From NCBI GenBank assembly GCA_001244265.2, contig CDLV01000005.1:1550001-1614000 (forward strand): a stretch of DNA of 64,000 nt, written 5' to 3'. Position 1 is the first letter of the stretch, and each line of letters opens with the position of its first letter. The notes below the pieces were generated by a model. That model was not told the origin of the DNA, did no database searches, and saw nothing but the letters and a program-made list of their open reading frames with translations. The translations under genes and the position numbers were made by a program. This DNA comes from Microbotryum violaceum (lineage: Eukaryota). This document shows positions 15,850-29,080 of the stretch, piece by piece.

Positions 15850-17499
15850 CTACAATTGAAGATAGCTGCCCACCAATAAGCGCGCAAAACGGAGCGAGAT
15901 ACCGTCAGTACTCTTAGTTGATAGTAGGGAAAAAACAAAGAAGACATGCGCAACTCACTCTGCCACCTCCTGCTCCGTCAGCTTCCTGAAGCAAGGGCTG
16001 TCGGTCGAACCCGTTCCGTGTGCTCCGAGCACATGCTGAGCGCCCTCAAACCCGGCAGTGGAGATGATGCCCAGCTCGATCGTCTTCTCCGTCATGACAC
16101 CTTCGAATCCTTCCTTCAGCGTCAAGAGGGCTGTGTGAATGGCGTCCTCGAGTGAAAGATCATCGTTGTAGCTGCGGGAACCGACGAGCAGGAAGATATC
16201 AGAAAAGCAAATTTTCGAGGAAGGACGGCGTGATCGAGCGACTGACCGTTTTTCTAAGAATGTCTTAGCGTTGACTTGGTTCTTTCCGATCGCGCTCGCC
16301 TTCCATGCCCAGAATGCACCCGATGGATCGACCTGGTAGAGTGTGTGGCCTTTGGCCTTATCGTAGCCGGCCACGAGCAGAGATACGCCGTACGGTCGCA
16401 CGCCGCTGTAAGGCATCATCCAGGATGTCAGGTCCATTGTAGCGTACCAACGAGCGACAGTTTGTTTCGACGTAAACTGACCCTGATTGTGTCGCATCCT
16501 GCATCACACTCGCGATTTCGCCGACCATGACCCTCGTCGACGGATACTCGCCGTAGATTTTCCAGTACGACTGCGCTGACTTGCGCGCTTTGGCCACGAG
16601 CACTCGGAAGTCGGGACCCATCCCTGAGTAGACAAGACCGATGTTGGGGCAGACAAGAGACACCTGTAGACGTCGCGCGGCCAGCAGTCGTGTAGCATGG
16701 GCATTAGGCACGTCGACGGAACCGGCGGCGGGAAGGATGGGAGTGGCATAGGTAACATGGTAGGAGAGGTGATGGTTATCGTAAGGGTGAGATCTTGCAA
16801 GGAATCGGCATCCTTTACAAAATGGTGCGATAGGACTCGCCTTTTCCAACATGGAATCATCGACTAGGGGCGACGGAGGCTTCTTGGACGTTGCCAGCAC
16901 GATACCGTTCGAAGCTGCACAGCGAAAAGTGAGGGAGATGAACAGTATCAGCAAAGTGCACCATCGGACGCGAACAAAACCTGTGGCTACGATCGAAGCG
17001 AATCAATGGAAGTCCCGTGCTGGAGGTCGAGTGTGACGAGGGGTGACGCGTCGCTCCGGGCACGGCGACAACACGGTTGAAAAGGCGTTGATCATTTAAT
17101 GGAAACTTTCTCCAACTAGAGAGATGATTGGCCGTCCTCAAAACTGCCCATTGATCGCGGACGAGGGTCGAAGCCGATAAAGACGCGATGACGACGCCGA
17201 CACCGACACCGACACCGACGAGGGTGACGTCGAGCGGACGCTGCTCCTGTCGATGGTGTGGGCGGACCACGCGCGAGCTACTTCTGCTCAGCTTCGACTC
17301 TCACCTTTGATGCCTAAGCTGGTAGTGCCTTGCCCGACGGCAGCGAGTGCATGTTCGATTTGAATGAGCTTGCCCGAGGGGGAGAACGTAGTCAGCGAGA
17401 ACGACTGCGCGAAGATGAGGTGAGCGTTATCGTCAGAGGAGCCCACTTGCAGCAATAGTCCGAAACACTTGCATATGAAGATGCTCCTGGGTTGGCCAT
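15850..17499 (-). CDS. PRE8: 20S proteasome alpha-2 subunit
   Basis: [65 protein letters not shown]. Confidence 0.95.
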
Positions 17500-17748
17500 G
17501 ATAAGACGATGTCGTGCCGTGAGGGCGAGCGCTCGAAAGTCTACGCCGGCGGTCAGTCAGTTCAGGATGTGGGGAGAGGCGCGCAGGGAAGTGCGACAGA
17601 GTGCGACTGACTATGGACCGCCCAATCCGACCATTAGGATTTTGAGCCAACTCTAACCGAGTCCATTACAAGTCCACAAGTCCACACACAACCCTCAGCC
17701 CGCACAGCGCTCGCGCTTCTTCCACCTCCACAGTACCCCACCTCATAC

Positions 17749-18397
17749 ATGGCTTCACTCACGCCAGCCCTCCGAACAAGCTTACGCCTGACAAGACCTG
17801 GTCGCTCGACTGTAGCCAGTGCATCATCGTGGCACACCACACCGCTCGCGAGCTCGTCCTCTCAGCTTCGCAGCTTGCACGCCCCGGCGCTCGCACCACG
17901 CCGCATTCCTTCCACAAGAAGTGAGTCATTCTTCGTATCAGCACGTACGGCATAGCTCCCAAAATGCACCACATCTGACCGGCCGCTTGTACTTGCCCGC
18001 CGGTCGACACCAAGCTCCCTACACCACACCCGCCGCCGTCCTCGAGTCGGCCTCTCGGAATCTCAAGCAGCACACCGACAAGTTCCCGACGTGGGAAGCC
18101 CTGTTCGCTTCGACGTCCCATTCTCTGGCCGAGCTAGGTCTAGCCGTCAAGGAGCGACGGTATCTGCTCTGGGTACTCGAGAAGTACCGGTACGTAGCCC
18201 GCAATTCTTCCTTTCCTCTTCGCATGTCAACGAGGACCGATACCGCCCCCCTACGCCTGTCCATGTGAACCTAAATCTCTTCAATTATGTTATACAGTGC
18301 CGGATTCGACATCGCCGAGATAGCGGTGCCGACAAAACCCAAGCGCAAGATTCGAGGCTGGGGTCCAAAGGTGCAGAACGGCAAGAGGGTGCGGTAG
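17749..18397 (+). CDS. FYV4: Mitochondrial IGR-motif protein (mS41/Fyv4-like)
   Basis: Arg/Ser-rich presequence, TWEALF..TS..L.ELGLAVKERRYLLWVLEKYR, C-terminal KRKIRGWGPKVQNGKRVR; two introns. Confidence 0.8.
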
Positions 18398-18882
18398 AAG
18401 GTAGAAGGTAGAAGGACTGTATACGATGATGAAGCCTTGAAGTGATAGTGCATAACACTCAAGACGAGAGTCTCCCCCTTTGAAATCTGGTTCTGTTCCG
18501 CTAACAAGCACGAAGCCGTTTCTGCACGCATGCCTCAGGCCCTCAACTCGGCGAGGAGCGATGGCCGCACTTTGAGTTAAGTGTCACAACTTGACCGCGA
18601 GGTATAATCTGGACGCTCTAGCAACCCCATTGGGCACGAACCATATACCGAAAGAGCAAACTTACCGCGCAAGTCGGCGGCGCCGAACACAGCGGTGGGG
18701 CTCATCTGGGCTCGTGCTCACGTGACCCAAGAAAGAGCGCTCCACCTCCTGACGCTCGACCTCGCTCAGCTCTTGACGCCTACCTTTGCGCCGCACCCTC
18801 TATTCAACGCGTCGCCCCTTTCAATCTGCATCGCCTCAGAGTCTGATCGACGGCCATTTCTACGCCCAGCATTCATAGTGCC

Positions 18883-19701
18883 ATGACTGCATCCATCGCG
18901 GCGCGTCAAGCGGTCATGCTCGAGTTCGCAGCGCTCGGAGCTTCCTCCACGTGTCCTCTCGGCATGTACGTGCTGCCAACAAGAGACGATGTCTTCAGTA
19001 CGTGCAGGACTCTTATTGCTTGCCGAAGCGCTGCCTGAACTAAAATAGCCCATGGAGCCTGTCCGGCAGCATGGCAGTGTGTCTTGTTCATTCATCGGGG
19101 CTACTTCCGCGACTCGGTCCTCAGATTCTCCATGACCATGGCATCCACGTACCCATCCCGCCTCCCTCCTACGATCACGTTTAGCACCAACGTGTTCCAC
19201 CCTCTAGTCGATCCAGCAACAGGCCGATTCCACTTCGGCGATCGATTCAGCCCTTGGACTCCCGGGCGCGACTACCTCTTTCACGTGCTGCACCACGTCA
19301 AGAACGCGTTCAAGAGGGAAGGCCTCGATGCGGTGCAGCAAGAGAACTGCGGAAATCCCGAAGCCTGGAAAATGTGGGTGTCGGCTCTCCAATGTCGATC
19401 ACTGATTTGCCCCTCCACGTGCCCGATTCAATTCAGCCCCTGACCGCCGATTCTGATTATGGATACTCTCGCTACTGGTCGCAGATACCATGATCAGACG
19501 GCTTTATTCGCCAAGCTAGCGTCACAGACATCGGCGTTGTCCATCACGCCCGAATCTTTATACACACCAAGCTCGTCCTACGCAAATTCGATCCGGTTTG
19601 ACCCCCTTCGGTCCATCTCGTTTCGACCGCTCGAGGAAGGCGAGGAAGAAATTCTCACTCGGAGACTCGAGGACGAAGCGAAGGCCAAGATCAGCAGTTG
19701 A
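18883..19701 (+). CDS. Ubiquitin-conjugating enzyme variant, AKTIP/Fused toes/crossbronx-like
   Basis: CPLGMYVLP, W.CVLFIHRGYFRDSVLRF, YP..PPTITFSTNVFHPLVDP; no catalytic Cys evident. Confidence 0.85.
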
Positions 19702-20101
19702 ATAAATATCACTTAAAGCAAGATAGGGGAGAGATCGTCGCGCACTGGCCTCGACATTGTGTTCTGTCACGGCCCGATCGACTTGGCCGGTTCGAATATT
19801 CCCGCTCGCAAAACACTTTTTCCTTTCCCTTGCACTGACCGAGTCAATGTATGTGTGTAACTATAAGTCTTATCAGTTTCGTGTTGTAATTACCAATAAG
19901 TGATACGCGATGGCCGTCTTGATTACTTGTGAAATTTCTTACCGGTCGCGGGTGCGGAAGCCAAACGCACGATCCTAGACGATCCAGTGACGATCCTGCA
20001 CATTTGGTCATCGACTTGCGACGTCGACGTCAGTCAGCGCAGGTCGTCTTCTCGCCTCGTCCTCATAGCTCGCAGTTGCGTCGCCTCCTCGTCACCACAA
20101 A

Positions 20102-22112
20102 ATGGCGGACGCACACATGCACCAGGTCATGTCGAACCTCTGGATAGGCGACTACTTTGCTTCCCAAGATGCCAACTTGCTGGAGAAGCACAAGATCAAG
20201 CTCGTCGTTGCAGCCAGTTCGTCTCCAGCTCCGCGAGCCCCCACTTCGCTCGTTCCCGGTCCCAAACTCCCGCCGCCTAGCAAGACTGACGCTCGATTGA
20301 CATCGTGGACCTCCATCTTCAGTGAGACAACCCTATGACCCACTACCTGGGACCACCCTGCACCGTGTCCCAGTCGACGACACTGCCTCAGCCAACATTA
20401 TCGAGCACTTTGTGCCTGTCAGCAGGGCTATCGCGTCAGCTCGGCTCAAGTCTCATGCTGTCTTGGTCCACTGCCAAGCCGGTGTATCGAGATCATCGGC
20501 TCTCGTTGCGGCGTATCTGATGAAGGAAATGGATCTCACGGTTGAACAAGCACTGGCTCGGGTGCGAAAGGCAAGGGCGCAGATTGAGCCGAGCGACTTC
20601 TTCCTGTTGCAACTTGAGCTGTTCGAAAGGTGCGACTGCGAGTGGAACCCCGTCAAAGTGAGAGTGAGCTGTGCTTTACATGCTAATCGACCGACTGACA
20701 GACTCTTCTGTTGCCTCCTCCTTTCTTTAGTACGCCGAGGAACGAAGATTTCTCATGAGCTTTGCGCAAAATGAAATCATGGGTCAGTGAATAGGTCTCG
20801 AGAGGCGAAAGTGAATCTTCACCGCTAACGCCGCTGTATCACCACTCGACGTCAGGTGGTGTCTCCCCTTCCATCGTTCTAGCATACTACCCCTCACCGA
20901 CGCCCTCGCCTATTCCTTCGCCCAAGGGTAGCGCACCGGGCACTCCGTTGACCATGACGCCGATGCCGACGACAGCCGAACCCTCGGCCTCGGACGCATA
21001 CAAATTTGTGGGGGCCTCTCCTCCCGTCGAAAGCAGTACTTCGACTAGTCTCTCGGATCGGTTGGGTGCCACCACGACTCCAACACACGCTCCCGTAGCT
21101 CGCAAGCGACTTACTCCTCGGAAAGCGGAACGCGAGACAGAACGACAGTCTGCCGAGATGCGTAAAATTCCATCGATCGAGAAAATTGGCAACAAGCAGG
21201 AGGTAGTGATAAGCGGGCGCAGGATACGATGCAAGATGTGCAGGTTCGTACCTTCCGCTTTCCTGATAACCTTCGTCATTCACGGTCGAGTGCTGATTCA
21301 GATGGGTTTGTCATTGGCCTGGTCAATCAGGCGAGAGCTTGCAGCCCGCGAGCACGTCTTGGCGCACGAGCCAGGGAAAGGCCAACAGGCGTTTGCCCCG
21401 CATCGGCGCGATATGGCGGCGCACAGGATGGAGATGGAGGCCAGGCGGCGCGACGAGATGGACAAGGAGGAGCGCGAGCGAGCAATTCCAAATTTGGAGA
21501 CTGACACAAACATCGGGACATCGGTTGACAAGACTGAGAAATCGCCGGCGACTGCTTTGGCCGGCTTAAGGATTTCGCGCCCTTTGCCAGGTCTTGGGGC
21601 TCGCGCTGTGGTACAGCGACCAACAGTGTCTCGACCGCGGCCACCATCAGCTCCCGAATCTACGGTAGACGGATCGACGACGTCGTTGACTCCAATGCCG
21701 GAGTCGGGCGAAGCACCAGAGTCATCACACTCCGCTTCGGCTTCGGACGCTGCGAAAGCATCGGAGGCTGAGGTCAAAGCTCGAGAAATCTTCGATTCCC
21801 CGATTTTGCCCTCTCACCTTTGCTCGAGCTACTTTACCGAGCCGCTGTCTTGGATGTCGCCCATGTTGGAATCTGGTGCGCTTGGGGGCAAGATTGTGTG
21901 TCCGAACGCAAAATGTGGGGCCAAACTCGGCAGCTTCGACTGGGCAGGCGCGCGTAAGTTATCGCGGCACAGTTGACATAATCAACTCGGTTCAAAACCT
22001 ATGTTGATCCGTTCTCGTTCGTTCGGACTTCACAGAATGCTCCTGTGGGACTTGGATCTGTCCAGGGTTCGCACTAAATGTTTCACGGGTAGATGAGATT
22101 GCAGAATACTGA
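20102..22112 (+). CDS. YVH1: Dual-specificity phosphatase with C-terminal zinc-binding domain (Yvh1/DUSP12)
   Basis: VLVHCQAGVSRS; RCKMCR|RELA; YFTEPLSWM..GKIVCPNAKCGAKLGSFDWAG..CSCGTWICPGF. Confidence 0.93.
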
Positions 22113-22213
22113 TGAGGGAGCTGTCTGTGTGCACGCCGAAGTACGCTGCAATGTGTGAATGGAATAAATGAGATAGGACTTTTTACGATGGCACAATCGG
22201 GTATGATCTTTGC

Positions 22214-23737
22214 TCATTCCGACACCCCTCTCGATATTGAGCTTACGCGAGGAGGGTACACCCTTTCGCTCGGTGCTTGGTGCCGAGCATCGGCCCTCCT
22301 CGGCTCCGAATTGGAGCGAACAGGAAGATTAGGGGTCCGACGCGATGATCCTTCCGGATTGAATAAAGTTTCGCCTGGCCCTCTCCGGTCCCCGGGCATT
22401 CGGAACGACTTCGACCTTTTCAAGTATTTGATGCTACCCTCTTGAGTAGGTGGCGCCGGATTTGAGGCAGGCTTGAACCGCTCGGTAAACGCAGACATTG
22501 GTAGGCTGCACTCCCGACCGAGGGGTCGTGGTACGTTGTTCGACCTCGGTGACGACCTCGGGCTACACAATGCTGAAGTGGGTGTTCTGGATATCTGCAA
22601 CTGGTATTCGCACTCGAATTGCCTCGAGCGATGTGCCATGGGAGATCGGGTGATGGATTCTTGGGAAGCTGCCGTATCTGTTCCTTGCGACGGATATAGC
22701 ATGAGCTCGATGCGCCGTGGCGTTCGGAAGGATTTTGTGCGTCGCAATTGCGCCAAGAAAGACCGTCCTGCTAAAGGACTGGTGGTTATGTCGACCAAAT
22801 TTGCATCCAGTGAGGTCCTACTAGTTGTCGATAGCTGAATAGCAAAGTGTTGATGGTCATTCTTGATATTGCGGAGGCTCTCGCTGCTCGCCTCGTGGAG
22901 TGTCTCAACCGCGGCTTTCGGGTCACTCGAGGACATGGAACACGCATCTCGCTGAACGACTGTGTCATGATCTGAGTATCCCAAGACTCTTGCCTCTTTG
23001 GTCGACGGGGCTTCAATGTCTTCTTGAGACTGAACGGTAAGCCGTACAAGCGATGGGAAGGTCGGCGAAGGGCAGTACGGGGTGACGGTTTGGCCGACAG
23101 GGGCGGGCCGTGCATGAACCCCGGTTTTGGCCAACATCTTGGATAAAGAGCGAGACCGTGAAAGCGATGAGGTAGAGCAACCCTTCAATTTGGAGTCTGC
23201 GAATTCTACAAATCGTAATTGGTCATGTGTGTTGCAGTTAGTCATAGTGGCCGCCGAAACGGGAAGACGGGAAGATCGAAAATGGAGCTTACTCGGGCAG
23301 GGGTCGTGCATCGCCGCCGGCGGGAATGGGTCACGCCCGGTATGACATTTTGAAATGCACGATGGGGACCGGTCGAGTCGAACAAGCTCTCTTTCGACGA
23401 CATGGGGGTTGAAAAGAGAGGCGATGTAGTCGGCAATGTTAAAGTTATTCAGGCGATCGATGGCTGGCGAGGATATGTCAGATGGCCCAGTTTGAATCAC
23501 CCGACCCAATTCGATTTTGCGCTCGACATCACTGTTCCGGCCCGACACATCAATCTCGACGACTTGTGACACCCCGATCAACATGGGTAATCCAGAGCTG
23601 GGTACGCTGTTGGCATTGTACGACACCGCCGGCAGAGATGGCAATGCGTCGGATCCGGCGTGGGGCTTGCGGAGCCGTTGAAGCCGACGGGAGCTACTTG
23701 CTCGACGCTCGAGCTGAACCGGGGTTCTTGATGCCAT
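22214..23737 (-). CDS. Uncharacterised Ser/Pro/Arg-rich protein (about 507 aa)
   Basis: Long uninterrupted ORF filling a gap between genes; no domain recognised. Confidence 0.55.
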   Translation of the reverse strand: MASRTPVQLERRASSSRRLQRLRKPHAGSDALPSLPAVSYNANSVPSSGLPMLIGVSQVVEIDVSGRNSDVERKIELGRVIQTGPSDISSPAIDRLNNFNIADYIASLFNPHVVERELVRLDRSPSCISKCHTGRDPFPPAAMHDPCPSKLHFRSSRLPVSAATMTNCNTHDQLRFVEFADSKLKGCSTSSLSRSRSLSKMLAKTGVHARPAPVGQTVTPYCPSPTFPSLVRLTVQSQEDIEAPSTKEARVLGYSDHDTVVQRDACSMSSSDPKAAVETLHEASSESLRNIKNDHQHFAIQLSTTSRTSLDANLVDITTSPLAGRSFLAQLRRTKSFRTPRRIELMLYPSQGTDTAASQESITRSPMAHRSRQFECEYQLQISRTPTSALCSPRSSPRSNNVPRPLGRECSLPMSAFTERFKPASNPAPPTQEGSIKYLKRSKSFRMPGDRRGPGETLFNPEGSSRRTPNLPVRSNSEPRRADARHQAPSERVYPPRVSSISRGVSE

Positions 23738-24439
23738 GAGCAAGGGACAACGCAGGACGAAGGGTGTAAAAAGTATAGGGATGAAATGCAACCCGTCGCG
23801 GTGTCGTCTCCCGCGGACTACAAAGGACAGAAACAAGACATTGCCGAACGCCAGTAAACGAACCTTTGATCACTTGCGACGACCGCGGTCCGAGGGTCGC
23901 GGACGGCGGTTGAAGGACAGGGTGAACTGCGATGATTACCGCGCGCGCAGTGAAATATATATCACCCAGAGTCCAGTTTATGCGATGTGCCCTCTCGGTC
24001 GAGCTCGCTAAGTGTTTGTTCGGAGTCCGTGCACGCGCTAGCGAAGCTGAAAACGTTCGTCCGACGGATACAAATCATCGCGGAGTCAAAGCGCGACGTC
24101 GTCATGCATAATGCAGGCTATCTTGGACTTGGTGGTTACGCATGCTGGAGCAATCAAATTCACGTCACCAATGGGCACGTCATAGATCGTCTGCAGCCCT
24201 CTTGCATTCGGCAGACAATTTCTGGCGCAGCGAAGAGCGTCAACGCTCAGCGCTCAGGCCCGTGAGAGGAACACGAGATCATCGATTCCTGGTCGTGCAC
24301 GAGGTCGTTGTTGCTTAATCCAATTCAAACACAAAAGTATCAGATGCATGTGTACTACCATCATATAATACCAGATCAGAGGCTGTCTCAATACGACGAA
24401 GTTCCCCGATGTCTCCTTGAAAGTGGGCACAGCGGGCTC

Positions 24440-27303
24440 CTAAAACTCAATGCTTCCGACCTCGGCCTTCCGCGGCTCCAAAGCTTCTCCCTTGCGCCCG
24501 AATGCAGCCATACGCGTCCAAAAGACGGATTCCTTCAACCGTACAACCTCGGACCAGCACACATCCTCCCAACCCGGTGCTGAAGCAAGTACGTCCTCGA
24601 CTGTTGTGATGAGCTTCGGAGCGGTGGAGGGATGCCGAGGGGAAGGGCCAGCGGGACGGCGAGGTGGTGGCGGCGGCGGCAGGGATTGCGAATCAAACGC
24701 CTGGGGGCTATCACGAGGAACTGGAGAGGTGGGTTGATCAGAGTGAGGTGAGGCGGGTGTGAGGACGGGCGAGCGGGCCGCGGAACGTTTGGGGAGTGCC
24801 GGCTTGGTCAATGCAGGCGACGTAGACTTGGTAGAATCGGGGGCTTTTGATTTCGACGCCGAAGCATCTTCGATATTCTTCTCCTCGAGCGTGGCCTCCT
24901 TATTTTCCCCGTCGGTCTTGGCATCAGCTGGCTCCGATTCGTTCGTATCGACAAACTCATCATCTTTGTCCTCCTCCTCGGTAGCGCCATGCTCCTCAGC
25001 CCGCTCGGAAGCCTTGGCTGCTTCGGTTTCTTTGGTGGGCTCTGCATCCTTGCGCGTCTTATCCTCATCGTTGACTACCTTGTCCGCCGGTCCCGTCTCG
25101 ACCTCGGCCAAACCGAGTCCGTTCATCTTCGCTTTTTCCGTCTCCTCGACCTTCCGCTGTTCTTCCTCGACAGCAATATTAACCTTCTCTGGCAAGTTCG
25201 CCGATGACGTCGACGCATCCAAGATGCTCGATCCTCGCCCTCTGACGAACTTGAACCCTTCCTCGACCAAGAGGCCCCTTTCCAAAGCACGAACGTAGGT
25301 CCAGAATTCGCAGACGGACCTCAGCCGACCCAGGCAGTACAAGGGGCACAAAGCATACTTGCTCGTCGAGCTGTCGTTGACACGGAAGACGTGGACGTGC
25401 AGCCGTCTGCCATCGAGTGTGGTCGGCTGCGGAAGGGTGAAGTCCTTGATCGTCGAGGTCGAGACGGGCTCGGGTTGATGCGGAGGCGTCGCTGTGCCCG
25501 CGGAAGATGTCGAGGAGCCTCCACCCGTGATCCAGGATCCGGAGCCCCAGACCTTGCGCATTGTCGAATTGACGGACGCTCCGACGGATGCTGCATTCGA
25601 GGGCAGAATGGTTGGCTTCGTGACGCTCGCGCCTGCGCTCCAGCGTTCCAGAGCGATCCCGCAGAGTGCGCAGTTGGCCGAAGGAAGTGTTGCGCCGAAA
25701 GAGAGAGGTTCGATGACGAGCTGGCCGTCGTAAATTGCTTGCGCGACGTTACGTCGCGACAGAAAGCCCAGTCCGGGCGCGAGGTCGAGGCGTAGAGAAG
25801 GGTCAGAATCTTCTTCGATGCATCGCTTGAGGAACGGTTGTGAGAGATGTGTCGAAAGTGGAAGGTGAGGCGCCAGAAGCTGGGAAGGGTGAGCGGATGG
25901 CAAAGACCCCGTCGAGTTGGTCGGGGTGTGTGTGCTTGCGCCGGTGCTGAAAGAGCGGGTCGCAAGGGAATGCGAGTAAGATGGCGAGTCGAGGGGCTTG
26001 GAGAGAACACTGACACGCAGTTGACGCAAGTAGGTGACAAATGCAAGGAACTCGTGGTAGGGTTGTACCGAGTTAAGGAGTCGTGGCGCCAGGACGTCCA
26101 ACTTGGGCGTACGGGCCGAGGTGAGGGCCGTCGGTGTGCCGGATCCGACCACAGGTGTGACGCTGACGCCATCGGAGACAGTGACGGCCAATTCGGATCC
26201 ATCGACTGCGTCAGTCGTGGAAGATGATCCTTCCGCTTCATCGACGGAGATACCGGCGTCGGCCAGCTTCTTGCGCAGCATCTTGACCTCGAGCTCCTTC
26301 TCCTCGAGGCGAGTGACGGTCTCCCGTAGATTGGTCTGTACGCCATCGATGACGCCTTGCATGGCCTGGGTCTGCTCGTCAAAGCTGACCATCTTTTCTT
26401 CTGCCTTGGCGCGGGCAATGCGTTCGTGGACGACCATTTTGTTGGCCTCGTCGAAGAGGGTGGAGGTGAGGGATTCGATTTCGGTCTCGAGGGCCGAGTG
26501 GGCTTGCACGGCCGTTTCGCGTGAGGCGGTTTCGGCCAAGACTTGGGTCATCAACCGTTGCATTTCACCTTGGACGTGATCCTGTGGAGAGGAGCGGTGA
26601 GGGTCACAATCTATCGACAGTCAGCTGACGAGTTCCTCAGAGGCGGTGCGCCATGAGCGTGGAATGAGTGAGCGATACTGACCCTTTCGACCCATCCACC
26701 GCCTTCAATCTCTCTCTCCCATCGTTTGTTATTCTGTTCCAACTCTTGCAGTCGCTGCTGTGTGACGGCGTCCCTGGCCTTGAAGTCGTGCAGCTCGTCC
26801 TCGAGATCGCCGTGGCGGATGTAGCTGGTGACGAGCTTGGAGTTGAGCGACGTGACCTGGGACTTGAGGTCGGTGATCTGAGCTCGCAGGGACGCAACGA
26901 GCATGAAGGAGGGGGACGAGTCATCGATATGGTCCTGCACTGTCGGTGATGATCTCCCATTGCCTATGTTGTCTAGGAGATTGTCGGACGAGGGCGAGAT
27001 GGGCAATGACGACGACGAGGCCGCGGCGAGGGCGGCGAGGGTGGCATTCTCGTCACTGATACCGCCACCGATGCCCTTGGGGGATGATGCGATCGACGTG
27101 TTGATGTTGTGTCGTTCCTTGAGCTTGGCGATCGGTGGAGGAGAGGCGGTGTCGCCAGCATGGGTTACGGGCTTGTCGTCGTGGTGATCGGCGTCGGTGG
27201 CCCCTTCGACAGCCTCACCCCGCCCCCTCCCGTGCTGCTCCTGCTCCTGTTCGGGCTGATTTGTGGCCAGTACATCCGCATTGGGATGCTCGTCAGCGAC
27301 CAT
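24440..27303 (-). CDS. SEC2: Rab GDP/GTP exchange factor Sec2
   Basis: LETEIESLTSTLFDEANKMV coiled coil; FLKRCIEEDSDPSLRLDLAPGL; CALCG and LCPLYCLGRLRSVCEFWTY; W.EVVRLKESVFWTR; one intron about 26583-26683. Confidence 0.92.
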
Positions 27304-27713
27304 GACGACACAGGCAAAGTAGGACTACGACCGCTGCGGGATCGCAACTTTCGTGAGCCGGAGGGAACGCAGCTAGGAGGTGGGTTGGGATGTGTAGAAG
27401 CTGATGAAAGGTGGTAAAGTAGCTACACCAAGCTACTTTCCGACCGGTGAAAGAGGCCTAAAGAGGCGCGCCGACTCGCGCCGAGTCCTCAGATTCCGTG
27501 GTGATAATCGAGACTGCTCCATTTGTAATCCAGCGCGTCAATAGTCCGACTTCAATTGGACCCGGGCTTGGGCTGGCTTGGGGAGCTCCGCACTTGTAGG
27601 CGCCGCTCGTCAAGTCCACTCGCCAATTCATCCAACCGTTGCGCATCGTCAGTTCACCCTCTCCGTCTAACCGATCGAATACAGCATTCTGAGACCATCT
27701 CTACGCTGCACAG

Positions 27714-28476
27714 ATGATCTTGACACCATCGATCAGGCGAGTGGTCGCCAACGTCCGCCAGGTCGGACTCGCCCGTCAGTCTCTCCCGCTCCCTCCGGAC
27801 ACGATCTCACTTGCAGAGGAACTGATTACATGCAACTCTCGTCTCATTCTGGGCTCTGCAGAGGCATGGAGGGACCTGCAGTACATTGGTGACCTCAAAG
27901 CTGGTCAATTCGTAGGCCAAGACGAGTCGGTCGCCGTTCACCTGACCTTTGCCATCCATGTCTCCTCGTCGGACTAACGCCTCAACTCGACACGACATGT
28001 TCCACGCGCAGACACGGCAACAAGTTTTACGAGAACCAGGACGAGACATTGTGGAGGCATCGCTGGGTCGACTTTGCCTCGGTAAGTGACACCGGACCAG
28101 GGATCCGACACGAGCTCAGTAACCTCGTTTCGGGATCCTCGAGGAAGATCTGTCAAACTCATCGACCCACACTCCTCATCACCTCGTAGCACGATTTTAA
28201 CGCGTCGCAAATCACGCCCGAATGGCACTCGTGGATCTCGCACATCCGACACCTGCCCCCGCCTCAGGATCCGGTCGTGCAAGCGAGCAAACGACCGTGG
28301 CAGAGCGTAAGCATGCAGTTATGCCACTCCGGATCGCGATTCTAATCTTCTCTCGTACTTTCCCTGGACAGCCCCATTGGGAGAACTTGACCGGCACGCG
28401 AGGCGCGTTCAAGACGTATTCGACGACCAAGCCCAAGGTCGACGCTTGGGAGCCGACCATCGCCAAGCGATCCTGA
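27714..28476 (+). CDS. NDUFA12: Complex I subunit NDUFA12 (B17.2/N7BM), multi-exon
   Basis: QYIGDLKAGQFVGQD, GNKFYEN, RHRWVDFA, ASQITPEWHSWISH, ENLTGTRGAFKTYSTTKPKV.AWEP. Confidence 0.92.
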
Positions 28477-29080
28477 AGAGGAGGTAGCAGCAGCAGGTTA
28501 CGGTGACGTGTTTTCGCTTTTGCAATGGCGAGATTCGAATAGGTTTCTCTTGTATGTACAAAAGATGAACGAGCGGAGTGAGTGCTAGAGAGGGAAGGAC
28601 AGGGCTAGGAAACCCGAGATCGTTAAGCCGAATCGGATTGCATGCGGGAAGCTGTTGCAAAGCATGCGTCTAGTATGTATGGAAGTGCTGGACCCTCGGT
28701 CTCGAATGCGAGTGGACACCAAAGCACTTTACACTGCCGGATCGATAACATCTTGAACATTCCGAGACTTGATAATTGTCAGTGGCGCCAAGATGCAAAC
28801 CGAGCACCGCCGTCCCAAGCCGTTTGTTCGGATTGAACGATTGTAGACCTCGTTCCAATGAGTCTGCGTGGATACGCTCGTCGGGCCGCAGGGAGTGCTC
28901 CATTTGGTCTTGATAAGAGAGGACGGGCGCTAAAGCAGTAGGATCACTCCCTTTTGACAGGGTCGAATATGATCAGCATCGACAGTTGTAAGTTCAGAAA
29001 GCCATTCAATTCCAACTCACTTTGTCTAAACCCGACAACATCTCATCTCATGGCTTCATTACTTCCTTGAGAGGTTCTCC

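Noticed and set aside
24450..26579. Long antisense and alternate-frame ORFs over SEC2 and other genes
   Set aside because: Expected shadow ORFs in GC-rich coding DNA.
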